In this document: positions 28,166-40,015 of the stretch, piece by piece
Position numbering within the stretch: position 1 is the first letter of the stretch
Layout: every line of letters begins with the position of its first letter
From: Synechococcus sp.
GTDB lineage: Bacteria > Cyanobacteriota > Cyanobacteriia > PCC-6307 > Cyanobiaceae
NCBI GenBank assembly: GCA_047285535.1
Contig: JBJBDC010000001.1
Location: 1,536,136-1,600,135 of the forward strand
Length of the DNA stretch: 64,000 bases
Direction of reading: 5' to 3'
Made by a program: the position numbers and the translations under genes
The notes under the pieces: generated by a model
Database searches by the model: none
What the model was told of the DNA's origin: nothing
The model's input: the letters and a program-made list of their open reading frames with translations, nothing else

Positions 28166-31100
28166 TCAGTCCTCGTCGTAATCCGCGACGCCTAAGGATT
28201 CATACGTGGGTCTACTTGGCGTGCTTCTTCGAGGATTCACGTCTTGCATCAAATCAACTTCCTTGCCCTCATCGGTGAAAACAGCGATATCCAGACCAAG
28301 AGATTGAAGTTCACGCATGAGCACCTTGAACGACTCTGGCGTTCCTGGACGGGGGATCGGCTTGCCTTTGACGATGGCATTGAGAGCTTCATTACGACCC
28401 TGCATATCGTCCGACTTGACCGTGAGCAATTCCTGCAATGTATAAGCGGCGCCATAAGCCTCGAGAGCCCACACCTCCATTTCACCCAATCGCTGCCCGC
28501 CTTGCTGAGCCTTACCTCCAAGAGGCTGTTGCGTGACCAACGAGTAAGGGCCGGTGGAACGTGCATGAATCTTGTCATCGACAAGGTGCACCAGCTTCAA
28601 GAAGTGGGAATAACCCACGGCCACAGGTTGGTCGAAGGGTTCGCCCGTCCGTCCATCACGCAGCAAAAGCTTGCCAGGATCATCAGGGTTGTAGATCCAA
28701 TCCTTACCGGGCTGACTCGCTGCTTCTTGAAGATAAGCCTGAACTGTCTGTTGAGACTTTTCAGGGCCGTACATTTCGTCGAAAGGCACAATTTTGACTC
28801 GGCAATCAAGATTGGCGGCCGCCCATCCCATTAACAACTCAAAGACCTGACCTACATTCATACGGCTCGGCACTCCGAGGGGATTCAGCACGATGTCTAC
28901 AGGCGTGCCATCAGGGAGGTAGGGCATATCTTCGCGGGGAAGAATGCGACTGATAATGCCTTTATTGCCATGGCGGCCAGCCATCTTGTCACCCACTTGA
29001 ATTTTGCGGCGCTGTGCCACATAGACCCTTACAACCATGTTGGCGCCAGGTGGAAGTTCATCTCCCTGTTCCCGGGTATAGATCCTCACATCCACAACCC
29101 GGCCACGCTCGGTACTTGGAACCCTGAGGGAGTTATCGCGGACGTCGCGGGCTTTTTCTCCGAAAATGGCACGCAATAGCTTTTCTTCCGGTGGCTGGTC
29201 AGATTCACCCTTAGGGGTAACCTTGCCGACAAGAATGTCTCCACTCTCTACGAAAGCGCCGATACGAATAATCCCCATTTCATCGAGGTTCCCAAGACTT
29301 TCCTCGGCAACATTAGGGATCTCACGAGTTATTTCTTCAGGCCCTAACTTAGTCTGACGAGCTTCGATCTCATACTTCTCAATATGTACAGAAGTATAAA
29401 GATCATCATTAACTAGGCGCTCACTAACAAGAATTGCGTCTTCATAGTTATATCCCTCCCAGGGCATATAAGCGATCAAAACATTCTGACCAAGAGCAAT
29501 CTCACCGCCTTCACACGCTGAACCATCAGCCAAAACTTGCCCAATAATGACCTGATCGCCCTGTCGGACGATTGGACGCTGATTCAGACAAGTGTCCTGA
29601 TTGGATCGCTGGTATTTCTGAAGAAAATGAGTGTGATCAAATCCTTCTTCATCACGCACCACAATGGCAGTTGCATCAACAAAGGTGACTGTGCCATTCA
29701 CTCTAGAAATGGGGACCATGCCTGAATCACGGGCCACCTGCGTTTCAAGACCAGTCCCTACCAGAGGTCTTTCAGGACGAAGCAAAGGCACCGCCTGACG
29801 CTGCATGTTGGACCCCATCAAGGCACGGTTGGCATCGTCATGCTCCAGGAATGGAATCAGCGAGGTAGCAACAGAAATGACCTGAACCGGGGACAACTGC
29901 ACATAGTCGACCTGTTCAGGCGGAACTTTCTCAAAATCCTGCCGGTAGCGAACTGGAATGAGCTCGGCCAAGATTTTGCCATCAGAATCGGTAGCGACGT
30001 CACCAGGCGCGACGCGGCATTCATCTTCCAGATCAGCAGAGAGGTAGATCGGGTCTCCGCTTTTTTGGACTATTCCATTCTCGACTCTCCAGAACGGAGT
30101 CTCAATAAAGCCGTATTCATTCACTCGCGCATGGGTCGCCAGTGAATTGATCAGACCAGCGTTTGGACCTTCTGGAGTCTCAATCGGACAAAGACGACCA
30201 TAATGAGATGGATGAATATCTCGGACAGCAAAGCCTGCGCGTTCACGGGTGAGACCACCTGGACCTAAAGCAGAGATTCGGCGTTTATGGGTGAGCTCAG
30301 CCAAAGGATTCGTTTGATCCATGAACTGACTCAGTTGGCTGGAGCCAAAAAACTCTTTGATAGCTGCAACAAGTGGCTTGGGATTCACTAATTGAGCAGG
30401 AGTGAGCGAATCGGTTTCACCAACAGTCATCCGCTCTTTGATAATTCGCTCAAGGCGATTCAATCCAACGCGAACTTGATTCTGAAGAAGTTCACCAACA
30501 GAGCGAACACGACGATTGCCCAGGTGGTCAATATCATCAAGGCTTGCGCCGCCTACATCAAGCTCGAGATTAATTAAGTAGTCAAGCGTCGACAGAACAT
30601 CTTCATGCGTGAGTGTACGAACCGAATCTGGAATCGTGAGACGCAGCTTTTTATTGATTTTGTAACGACCAACCCGTCCGAGGTCATAACGCTTGGGATC
30701 GAAGAAGCGAGTCTGAAGCAATTGCTGGCCACCACTCACGGAAGGAGGTTCACCTGGACGCAGCTTTTTGTAGAGCTCAAGCAGGGCTTGATCTTCGGAA
30801 CTAATCCCCTCATCGTTAGCGGCTTCTATCGATTTTTTGTAGTACTCAGGGTGCCTGAGTTTATCGACAACATCGTTGTCTGATAAACCCATCGCGCGCA
30901 TTAAAACGTGGGCGTTAATTTTTCGAGTTTTATCAACTCGAACATGTAAAAGATCATTTTTATCAGTTTCGAACTTTAGCCAAGCACCTCGATTAGGGAT
31001 CACGCTTGCATTGTAAGTACGACGACCATTTTTATCTTGCTCGTCTTTGAAATAAACGCCAGGACTACGAACAATCTGATTCACGATCACCCGCTCAGCA

Positions 31101-31459
31101 CCATTGATGATGAACGTGCCACGTTCCGTCATAAGGGGGAGTTCCCCAATGAAAACTTCCTGCTCCTTAATCTCCCCGGTCTCTTTATTCACCAACCGAC
31201 AAGTCACGTACATTTGCGAAGCAAAAGTTGCATCTCTTCGCTTCGCCTCCTCCACATCGTGCCGAGGACGTTTTAAACGGTACTCGCTTCCAACGAAATG
31301 GAGCTCTAGCTTGCCGGTGTAATCCGTAATTGGAGAAAAACTCTCGAGCTCCTCAATCAGGCCTTTATCAAGAAACCATTTAAAACTTGCCCGCTGCACC
31401 TCCACCAAGTCGGGCAGATAAGTGACGGTCTTGGCGACTTGAATCGCGCTGCTGCTCAT
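28166..31459 (-). CDS. rpoB: RNA polymerase beta subunit
   Basis: [34 protein letters not shown]. Confidence 0.99.
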   Translation of the reverse strand: MSSSAIQVAKTVTYLPDLVEVQRASFKWFLDKGLIEELESFSPITDYTGKLELHFVGSEYRLKRPRHDVEEAKRRDATFASQMYVTCRLVNKETGEIKEQEVFIGELPLMTERGTFIINGAERVIVNQIVRSPGVYFKDEQDKNGRRTYNASVIPNRGAWLKFETDKNDLLHVRVDKTRKINAHVLMRAMGLSDNDVVDKLRHPEYYKKSIEAANDEGISSEDQALLELYKKLRPGEPPSVSGGQQLLQTRFFDPKRYDLGRVGRYKINKKLRLTIPDSVRTLTHEDVLSTLDYLINLELDVGGASLDDIDHLGNRRVRSVGELLQNQVRVGLNRLERIIKERMTVGETDSLTPAQLVNPKPLVAAIKEFFGSSQLSQFMDQTNPLAELTHKRRISALGPGGLTRERAGFAVRDIHPSHYGRLCPIETPEGPNAGLINSLATHARVNEYGFIETPFWRVENGIVQKSGDPIYLSADLEDECRVAPGDVATDSDGKILAELIPVRYRQDFEKVPPEQVDYVQLSPVQVISVATSLIPFLEHDDANRALMGSNMQRQAVPLLRPERPLVGTGLETQVARDSGMVPISRVNGTVTFVDATAIVVRDEEGFDHTHFLQKYQRSNQDTCLNQRPIVRQGDQVIIGQVLADGSACEGGEIALGQNVLIAYMPWEGYNYEDAILVSERLVNDDLYTSVHIEKYEIEARQTKLGPEEITREIPNVAEESLGNLDEMGIIRIGAFVESGDILVGKVTPKGESDQPPEEKLLRAIFGEKARDVRDNSLRVPSTERGRVVDVRIYTREQGDELPPGANMVVRVYVAQRRKIQVGDKMAGRHGNKGIISRILPREDMPYLPDGTPVDIVLNPLGVPSRMNVGQVFELLMGWAAANLDCRVKIVPFDEMYGPEKSQQTVQAYLQEAASQPGKDWIYNPDDPGKLLLRDGRTGEPFDQPVAVGYSHFLKLVHLVDDKIHARSTGPYSLVTQQPLGGKAQQGGQRLGEMEVWALEAYGAAYTLQELLTVKSDDMQGRNEALNAIVKGKPIPRPGTPESFKVLMRELQSLGLDIAVFTDEGKEVDLMQDVNPRRSTPSRPTYESLGVADYDED

Positions 31460-31734
31460 GCGGAGACCTGCAGTTGAAAAGTAGGAACAAAGGCCTGAAC
31501 GATCGTTAGATATTCATGAATCAAAAAGTCTCTTGAACATCAGAACAGGCAGCCAACCCCATAAAGGATTGACTGCCGTACTCCATGGCTCTAGAGGTTT
31601 TTGGGCTGAACAGCTGACGTCGTCAATGCACCGGAAGGAAATGGACGCTTCTGGGGGCGAAAGTACAGGAACTGCACAATGGCCAGGCCAATGAACTATC
31701 TTACACTTTCACCCACTTCGAATAAGGACGTTCG

Positions 31735-32520
31735 TCAGGGAAGCGCAAATAAGTTTCTGGCATTCGCTGTGCTGGCATTCGCCACATCGATCACGGTCTG
31801 GCCTCTCAGCTCGGCCACACGCTCAGCCACTGAAGCAACAAAGGCAGGCTCATTTCTCTTACCGCGTCGGGGAACGGGTGCGAGAAATGGGCAATCGGTT
31901 TCAACAAGAAATCGGTCTTGCGGAACCTCTTGGGCACAGATGTGCGTATCGACTGCTTTTGGGAAGGTAACGGTTCCACTGAAACTGATATGGAAACCCA
32001 GATCAAGGAAGGCTTCCATTTCCAATGGTGTGCCGCCCCAGCAATGCATGACTCCCCTCGGACACTTGCCTGTGAGTTGTCGCTCACGAAGTTCTGCAAG
32101 CATGGGTTCAGCTGCATCCCTGCAGTGAATAATCACAGGCAGATCCAGCTCAAGCGCAAGATCAAGTTGAGGCCTAAGAACAGAGAGCTGCTGATCAAGA
32201 TTTTTATCTCGGAAGAGATCGAGACCGAGCTCACCGATTGCAACAACACGCGAATCGTCGTGAGCAGCAGAACGTAAAACGCTGACAGTGTCTTCTGCCC
32301 AATGTTTTGTATCGAGTGGATGAACCCCTACGGAGTAACGCATCTCTGGAAAACGATCAGCCAAGGCTCGAATCGCTGGGATTTCCGATGGCTCCACGCA
32401 TGCATGCAGCAGGGAGGTCACACCAGCATCTCGCCAACGCGAAGCAACAGCATCAAGATCGTCTTCAAACGTCCGGAAGACTATGTGACAGTGACTATCG
32501 ATCAGGGTTGGAGTGGACAT
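31735..32520 (-). CDS. tatD: TatD family hydrolase
   Basis: DSHCH, GVHP, AIGELGLD, IHCRDA, ETDCPFLAP. Confidence 0.93.
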   Translation of the reverse strand: MSTPTLIDSHCHIVFRTFEDDLDAVASRWRDAGVTSLLHACVEPSEIPAIRALADRFPEMRYSVGVHPLDTKHWAEDTVSVLRSAAHDDSRVVAIGELGLDLFRDKNLDQQLSVLRPQLDLALELDLPVIIHCRDAAEPMLAELRERQLTGKCPRGVMHCWGGTPLEMEAFLDLGFHISFSGTVTFPKAVDTHICAQEVPQDRFLVETDCPFLAPVPRRGKRNEPAFVASVAERVAELRGQTVIDVANASTANARNLFALP

Positions 32521-32570
32521 CAGATCAGGACCTGAAACTCGCCTTCAGGTCCCATTGTGCCGAGAAGAGA

Positions 32571-32906
<336 letters not shown>

Positions 32907-32970
32907 TCACAGGCTTGCAATTCATTCAGTGCACAGGGCAATTAGCTTGAGAAAGAACGAGATTTAAGTA

Positions 32971-34293
32971 ATGACAGTGCTGAGCCATGAGCATCCGCCA
33001 GCGGGTCTCATCCGCTGCATCAGCACAGCGGCGCAAGCAGAACGGGAGCTCGATCGGCTCTCAGCCAGAACGAGCGGCAGCACGCAGATTGAAGCCGAGC
33101 AAACGGTCCAAGCGATTTTGGAGCAGATCAAGGCGGAAGGGGATCAAGCCCTGATCAGCCTCACGGAGCGATTCGATGGATTCCGTCCAGACCCACTCCA
33201 AATTGGCGCAGACCTCTTGGTAAAGGCCTGGGAAGAAACTCCTGCAAATCTTCGCGATGCCTTGGATCTCGCTCATCGCAGGATCCAAGATTTTCATCAA
33301 AGGCAGCGCCCAAGTGATCTGAGTGTGTCTGGCGTTCACGGAGAGCAGATCGGTCGGCGATGGCGCCCCGTCCATGCAGCTGGCCTGTACGTTCCAGGAG
33401 GGAGAGCCGCATACCCAAGCACAGTTTTGATGAATGCTGTGCCTGCAAAAGCTGCAGGGGTCAAGCGAATCGCGATGGTCACACCTGCTGGGGCAAACGG
33501 ATTGATCAACACCACTGTTCTTGCTGCAGCTCACATAGCTGGTATCCGCGAGGTGTATCGAGTGGGCGGCGCTCAAGCCATCGCTGCTCTCGCCTATGGA
33601 ACAGAAACAGTTCAAAAAGTTGATGTGATCAGTGGTCCAGGAAATCTTTTCGTGACCTTGGCCAAAAAATCGGTCTACGGCCAGGTAGGGATCGATTCGC
33701 TGGCAGGTCCTAGCGAAATCCTGGTCATTGCAGACCAAACAGCCAAACCAGAGCAGGTTGCCGCTGATCTGCTGGCTCAGGCAGAACATGACCCCTTAGC
33801 AGCAGCCATCTTGCTGACAACAGATGCAGAGCTTGCTCGCTCGGTTCCCCTGGAGATTGAGCGGCAGCTGGAGTCGCATCCACGCGAACAGATCTGCAGA
33901 CAATCACTTACACAATGGGGATTGATTGTGATCTGCGACAGCTTAGAAAATTGTGCTCTGCTTAGTGATCGCTTTGCACCAGAGCATTTAGAACTGCTGG
34001 TAGAGAGGCCTAGGGTAATGGCCGATCGCATCAACCACGCTGGTGCCATTTTTATTGGCCCATGGAGCCCAGAAGCTGTCGGCGACTACCTAGCAGGTCC
34101 TAACCACACCCTCCCCACGTGCGGAGCAGCTCGATTCAGCGGTGCCCTCAGCGTGGAGACTTTCATGAGTCATACGTCTCTCATCGAGTTCAACAAGGAA
34201 GCCCTCGATGCAACCGGGATTGCAGTGGAGACGTTGGCTATGAGCGAAGGCCTCCACAGTCATGCCAATTCGGTGCGGATCCGTCTTCAGTGA
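32971..34293 (+). CDS. hisD: Histidinol dehydrogenase
   Basis: [50 protein letters not shown]. Confidence 0.97.
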   Translation: MTVLSHEHPPAGLIRCISTAAQAERELDRLSARTSGSTQIEAEQTVQAILEQIKAEGDQALISLTERFDGFRPDPLQIGADLLVKAWEETPANLRDALDLAHRRIQDFHQRQRPSDLSVSGVHGEQIGRRWRPVHAAGLYVPGGRAAYPSTVLMNAVPAKAAGVKRIAMVTPAGANGLINTTVLAAAHIAGIREVYRVGGAQAIAALAYGTETVQKVDVISGPGNLFVTLAKKSVYGQVGIDSLAGPSEILVIADQTAKPEQVAADLLAQAEHDPLAAAILLTTDAELARSVPLEIERQLESHPREQICRQSLTQWGLIVICDSLENCALLSDRFAPEHLELLVERPRVMADRINHAGAIFIGPWSPEAVGDYLAGPNHTLPTCGAARFSGALSVETFMSHTSLIEFNKEALDATGIAVETLAMSEGLHSHANSVRIRLQ

Positions 34294-34299
34294 GCGGAG

Positions 34300-35016
34300 C
34301 TAACCCTGACGCTCCAGGCTGCGGACTCCAGCAATGCCATCACTAATTTCACCAACGAGAACTTCGTCAGCAAGATTGACGAAGAGGCCATTCTCCAAAA
34401 CACCGGGAAGATTGTTGATGTCGCGCTCGAGGGCAATCGGATCAGGGATCCCTGACTCAAATCGCACATCCAAGACAAGATTGCCCTGGTCGGTCACGAC
34501 AGGGCCTGCTTTACGGGTTGCCATTCGGAGTTCTGCCACTCCTCCCATTGATTTCAGACGAGATTGAACTTGCACCCATGCCCCGGGAAGCACTTCGACT
34601 GGTAAAAGGAATTCGAGATTTAAACGCTGAACAAGCTTCGTGGAGTCAACCACGACGATGAAACGTTCTGCTCGGTCAGCAACAAGCTTTTCTTGCACAT
34701 GGCAGGCTCCACCACCTTTGATTAACTGAAAGAAAGGATCCACTTCATCAGCACCATCGATTGCCAAATCGATGTGATCAATGGCATTCAACGCCCGCAA
34801 AGGAATCCCCAACTCAGCAGCCAGGACCTCTCCCTGAAACGAAGTGGTGACACCAACGACGTCACGAAGCTGTCCTGCTTGCAACCGCGCCCCGAGTCCT
34901 TCGATCATGAGAGCTGCCGTGGAGCCCGAGCCCAGGCCCACCACCATTCCATCGCAAATCTGCTTCACCGCAGCCTCCGCAACGGCTTGCTTCATTTGAG
35001 TTTGGAGATCCGACAT
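34300..35016 (-). CDS. rpiA: Ribose-5-phosphate isomerase A
   Basis: GLGSGST, DGADEVD, KGGG, VTDQGN. Confidence 0.97.
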   Translation of the reverse strand: MSDLQTQMKQAVAEAAVKQICDGMVVGLGSGSTAALMIEGLGARLQAGQLRDVVGVTTSFQGEVLAAELGIPLRALNAIDHIDLAIDGADEVDPFFQLIKGGGACHVQEKLVADRAERFIVVVDSTKLVQRLNLEFLLPVEVLPGAWVQVQSRLKSMGGVAELRMATRKAGPVVTDQGNLVLDVRFESGIPDPIALERDINNLPGVLENGLFVNLADEVLVGEISDGIAGVRSLERQG

Positions 35017-35053
35017 CGATCATCTGCTGAAGGCGAGACCGTAGCAAGAGGTC

Positions 35054-36274
<1,221 letters not shown>

Positions 36275-36962
36275 TCAACGTTGACGTAGACCCTATTCTC
36301 GCGCTCAAGAGCTAACGCACGCCTTCTCAAAGCTTAAGCTCTGCAGACGATTCTTGGAGTCCCCCAAGAGTTCAGGCCCTAGTAAAAGCAAAGGTCAGTG
36401 CAATCAAACAGTGATCAGGATTGAACAGATTGCATCAATAATCCTAAAACTTGTAAATTTCATTGCAGCGACTCTCACTCCATTGAGTTGGAGCAAGGGG
36501 CTAATTCCTCAAGAATATGATTCTTGAAAGCACACACTTCGGATCAGTTGAATATATTTTAGCTTGCCCAAGCACCAAACCACTCGAACTTTTTTTAACT
36601 CGACGGCTACCAAGCAGCTCCGATGCGAGCCTTATCCAATCAAGATCAAAGGGAACGCCGACAGCTCCCAAGCCATGACATTCAGTCGAGAGGCCAGTGA
36701 GACTTTCAAGACTCTTTGTCTAAACATCTTGCTCAATCCCCAGAAACCGACCAGAAAAATCTTTGATCGGACACGTTGCGCGAACTGGGCATCGAGACCT
36801 GGGGATCGAAAAGCCTGACAATCGTCACGAAGTCATCACCACCTTTGACATAGAGCCAGGCAGTCTGAGGTTGATCCCAATCGTGCATTTTCAATTCCAT
36901 CTATAGCCTTCAAACCAAACCATGACTATGCATAGCCATAGGTATCAAAATAAATCTGGACC

Positions 36963-37880
36963 ATGCGCTTGGTTAAGGCGGCCGCCACTGGCCTGATCGC
37001 ACTCACATCGGCTTGCCTTGTGGCATGCCAAAAGTCAGTCCCATCCGATAGCAAAGCCTCCTCAGCTCAAGCAGGCAACGTGTTTGAAACTGGAAAGTTG
37101 AGAGCTGTCGTTATTGGCAAAATGCTGCCGATGGTCGATGAGACAGATGGCAAATATGACGGACTGTCTTTTGTGGTGCTTGATGCCATCCGTGATCAGC
37201 TGAAAACAGCACCTGAAAACAAAGCGGATGACATCGTCATCGAGCCAATTCCCATCCAGTCTGCGCAGGATGGACTGAACAAGATTCGTGCCGGAGAAGC
37301 CGATATTGCCTGCGGAGTTGCCTTCAGCTGGGAAAGACAGAGAACACTGACTTACACCTTGCCTTTTGCAACGAGCGGAGTCCGAGTCTTGGCACCCAAA
37401 GGCAATGACGGCACACCCGATAGCCTCAAAGGGAAGACGATCGGTGTGGTCAACGACAGCGCGGCAGCTGCGGTTCTGTCCAAATCCTTGGAGGATGCTC
37501 AGTTCCAATTCTTCAATACGCCTGCTGAGGCGTTGACAGGTTTAAAAGACGGAACCATTGAATTTCTTGGTGGTGACACGCTCTGGCTTAAGGCCAATTT
37601 GAAAGCCACAGCTCCAGATTCAGATCTCGTACCCGCTTTCCCTTACGCCCGATCAGGGGTGGGCTGCATTGTCGCCAACACCACTCCTCATCTTCTCAAC
37701 TACAGCAATTTGGCGATCGGCCGCATGTTGACTCAATATGTAGATGGCAATGAAGACGTTCGTACAGCGATCAACAAGTGGGCTGGTCCTGGAAGCGATT
37801 TAGGCCTCAGCGATGAAATGATCAGCGACTTCTTCTCCATCGTGCTTGGAACCACAGCCGAATTGTCTAGAGATTCTTGA
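36963..37880 (+). CDS. grrP: Orphan extracellular substrate-binding lipoprotein (GrrP-like, SBP family 3 fold)
   Basis: Lipobox LVAC, G.ADIACG..FSWER....YTLPFA.SG; immediately upstream of the Gly-rich precursor and rSAM genes, with no ABC permease nearby. Confidence 0.8.
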   Translation: MRLVKAAATGLIALTSACLVACQKSVPSDSKASSAQAGNVFETGKLRAVVIGKMLPMVDETDGKYDGLSFVVLDAIRDQLKTAPENKADDIVIEPIPIQSAQDGLNKIRAGEADIACGVAFSWERQRTLTYTLPFATSGVRVLAPKGNDGTPDSLKGKTIGVVNDSAAAAVLSKSLEDAQFQFFNTPAEALTGLKDGTIEFLGGDTLWLKANLKATAPDSDLVPAFPYARSGVGCIVANTTPHLLNYSNLAIGRMLTQYVDGNEDVRTAINKWAGPGSDLGLSDEMISDFFSIVLGTTAELSRDS

Positions 37881-37918
37881 TTCCTATTTTTTGCACCTGA
37901 TTCCACTTCACTGTATTC

Positions 37919-38239
37919 ATGAACAAGACAACTTTGCTCAGCATTGCTGCCCTTCTCGCATCAAGTGCAGTTCTTACAAATGCCACTCACTCTGCAGTGC
38001 TAAGCGAGCCTGATCCTCGTAATGCTCTCGAGCAACGCATCGAAAACCTTTCAGATGATGCCTTGACTGTGCGTAACCAAAGTAGTGCAGACAATTTCAA
38101 TCTGATTGCCAGAGCCTGGGGTAATGGTGGGGGCCGTGCTTGGGGCAATGGTGGGGGCCGTGTCCGGGCCCGTGGGTTCGCGAACGGAGGTCGAGGCGGG
38201 TTCGCTAACGGATACAACAGAGGCTTCGCTAATTGGTGA
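37919..38239 (+). CDS. grrA: Gly-rich RiPP precursor, GrrA/OscA family (triceptide precursor)
   Basis: Hydrophobic N-terminus, LEQRI leader segment, core with 2x WGNGGG and 3x (R/G)GFAN ending FANW; overlaps the rSAM start. Confidence 0.88.
   Translation: MNKTTLLSIAALLASSAVLTNATHSAVLSEPDPRNALEQRIENLSDDALTVRNQSSADNFNLIARAWGNGGGRAWGNGGGRVRARGFANGGRGGFANGYNRGFANW
38114..38161 (+). repeat. 24-bp imperfect tandem duplication encoding AWGNGGGR x2
   Basis: gcctggggtaatggtgggggccgt / gcttggggcaatggtgggggccgt, differing only at two synonymous positions. Confidence 0.9.
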
Positions 38240-39384
38240 ACCACGCTGACTACGGCCCGATTGGCCTGCTGGTGATTCAGGCAACTTCACTGTGCAATCT
38301 CGATTGCAGTTATTGCTATTTGCCTGATCGCCAGCGTAGGCGGATTTTTGATCTTGAGCAGCTGCCGCTCCTGATGAAAAGAATCTACGAAAGTCCATTT
38401 TGGGGACCTCAACTTTCAATTCTCTGGCATGCAGGCGAACCTTTGACTTTACCCTGCAGTTTTTATGACGAGGCCAGCAAAATCCTGCTTGAGGAAACTT
38501 CTGAACTACAGAATCAAGGGGTGCAAATTGAGCAGCATGTCCAAACCAATGCCACCTTGATCAACGATACATGGTGTGAGTGCTTCAAGCGCAACCATAT
38601 CGTTGTTGGAGTGAGCATTGATGGACCTGAATCCATTCATGATTCTCATCGACGCTTTCGAAATGGCAAAGGCTCCTATGAGATGACCATGCGCGGCATT
38701 CGCAAACTGCAAAAACACAATATCCCCGTCCATGCCATTGCAGTTTTAACAAGCTCTGCATTAGATGATCCAAAAAGGATTTACACCTTCTTTCGCGATC
38801 ATGAAATTCACGACCTGGGCTTCAATGTTGAAGAACAGGAAGGCGTCAACGCTCACTCCTCCATGCAAGGAACCAATCGAGAAAAGCAATATCATGACTT
38901 CTTAAAATCTTTCTGGACGTACAATCAAGAGGATGGATTTCCCATACGTCTGCGTGAATTTGATCAAGTCATGGAGATGATTGCAGGCGGCCAAAGACTT
39001 CTTCAAAATGAGATGAATCGCCCATATTCGATTCTAAGCATTGACTCCGCAGGTAACTTTTCAACCTTCGACCCTGAGCTTTTATCGGTCGAAACTCAAA
39101 AATATGGATTATTCAACCTCGGAAACATTCGCGAACACTCTCTCATTGAAGCCGCACATAGTGAGACGTTTCGCCGACTGCTCGAAGATATGAATAAAGG
39201 GACAAAAATCTGTCGTGAGCAATGTGATTATTACGGCTTCTGCGGTGGCGGTAACGGCAGCAATAAATATTGGGAGCATGGAACGCTTGCTGCTAGTGAG
39301 ACGTGTGCCTGTCGCTTCTCGACCCAGATCCCAGTCAATGTGCTTCTCGAACAAATTGAAACCAAGGGTGTGAAAACACCCTGA
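38236..39384 (+). CDS. grrM: Cyclophane-forming radical SAM/SPASM peptide maturase (GrrM/OscB family)
   Basis: QATSLCNLDCSYCYL (CX3CX2C), WHAGEPL, QTNATL, GVSIDGP, FSTFDPEL, SPASM-type C..QCDYYGFCGGG..SNKYWE.G.....ET.AC; GTG start overlaps the precursor stop. Confidence 0.9.
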   Translation: MNHADYGPIGLLVIQATSLCNLDCSYCYLPDRQRRRIFDLEQLPLLMKRIYESPFWGPQLSILWHAGEPLTLPCSFYDEASKILLEETSELQNQGVQIEQHVQTNATLINDTWCECFKRNHIVVGVSIDGPESIHDSHRRFRNGKGSYEMTMRGIRKLQKHNIPVHAIAVLTSSALDDPKRIYTFFRDHEIHDLGFNVEEQEGVNAHSSMQGTNREKQYHDFLKSFWTYNQEDGFPIRLREFDQVMEMIAGGQRLLQNEMNRPYSILSIDSAGNFSTFDPELLSVETQKYGLFNLGNIREHSLIEAAHSETFRRLLEDMNKGTKICREQCDYYGFCGGGNGSNKYWEHGTLAASETCACRFSTQIPVNVLLEQIETKGVKTP

Positions 39385-39401
39385 CCACATCAATCACAGT
39401 C

Positions 39402-39908
39402 ATGTTTCCACTCGCACGCAAAGCTCTTCGGTCGGCTTCAGCTATCGGTTTTGTCGCCGCTTGCTCATCACTGATTCTGACTCCCCCACCAGCAGCTCAT
39501 GCAGCATGCACTTTCCTCATGCCGATAGGCGGTAATGGCGACGGACCTAAGCCTTACATCGTCAAGAAAAGGGTTCAACGAACGAAACTCATTGGCCGAA
39601 GTAACTGGAATACTGACTTTGTCGTCAATCGTCCCTTTGCTTCCTTCAAACTCTTCTTCACAGCAGACTCATCTGCGAGCCAGCCAGGTGCCTATCCCAT
39701 CGAGGCTTTTTTAAAATTTGCAGACGGCAGCAACCTAAGAGTTGTCAACGAATTAATGAAGCCCCCAACAGGCACCGGAGCTCAATTTGGGCCATTCCAG
39801 CCACCAGCAGGAAAGGCTGTCAGCCAGGTCAACTTCAAGATTGGCGCCAGCAACGATCCAGGTGCAACCGGATTCAGTTACCGAATTTCCGTACAGGGCT
39901 GCGACTAA
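39402..39908 (+). CDS. Uncharacterised secreted protein, probable fourth gene of the grr unit
   Basis: Signal peptide ending AHA; the mature protein has Cys near both termini (ACTFLMP...VQGCD); 17 nt after the rSAM stop. Confidence 0.75.
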   Translation: MFPLARKALRSASAIGFVAACSSLILTPPPAAHAACTFLMPIGGNGDGPKPYIVKKRVQRTKLIGRSNWNTDFVVNRPFASFKLFFTADSSASQPGAYPIEAFLKFADGSNLRVVNELMKPPTGTGAQFGPFQPPAGKAVSQVNFKIGASNDPGATGFSYRISVQGCD

Positions 39909-39965
39909 ACCGCCGAAGGGCAATCAATTACATTGTTACGAGGCCTGGTGAGTTCCTCTCTCCGG

Positions 39966-40010
39966 GAGGGTGATCGCAGTATCAACCATCGGGCCAGTCC
40001 CGATACCCTC
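39966..40010 (+). promoter_or_regulatory. Putative rimP-leader stem-loop
   Basis: ATCGGG-CCAGT-CCCGAT hairpin (39988-40004) enclosed by GAGGGT/ACCCTC pairing, just before the rimP start. Confidence 0.45.
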
Positions 40011-40015
40011 TCTGA

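Noticed and set aside
32528..32552. GGACCTGAA/TTCAGGTCC hairpin containing TCAGGTCCCATT, similar to the hli leader motif
   Set aside because: The motif-like strand is opposite to rpsT-tatD transcription and lacks the GGAG-N6-ATG part; more likely an intergenic stem-loop
36564..36818. 84-aa ORF upstream of grrP as a possible second precursor
   Set aside because: TTG start, no signal or leader similarity and no W/F-x-N Gly-rich repeats
38114..38239. Short repeats as a possible CRISPR array
   Set aside because: The repeats are in-frame coding units without unique spacers, and there are no cas genes in the window
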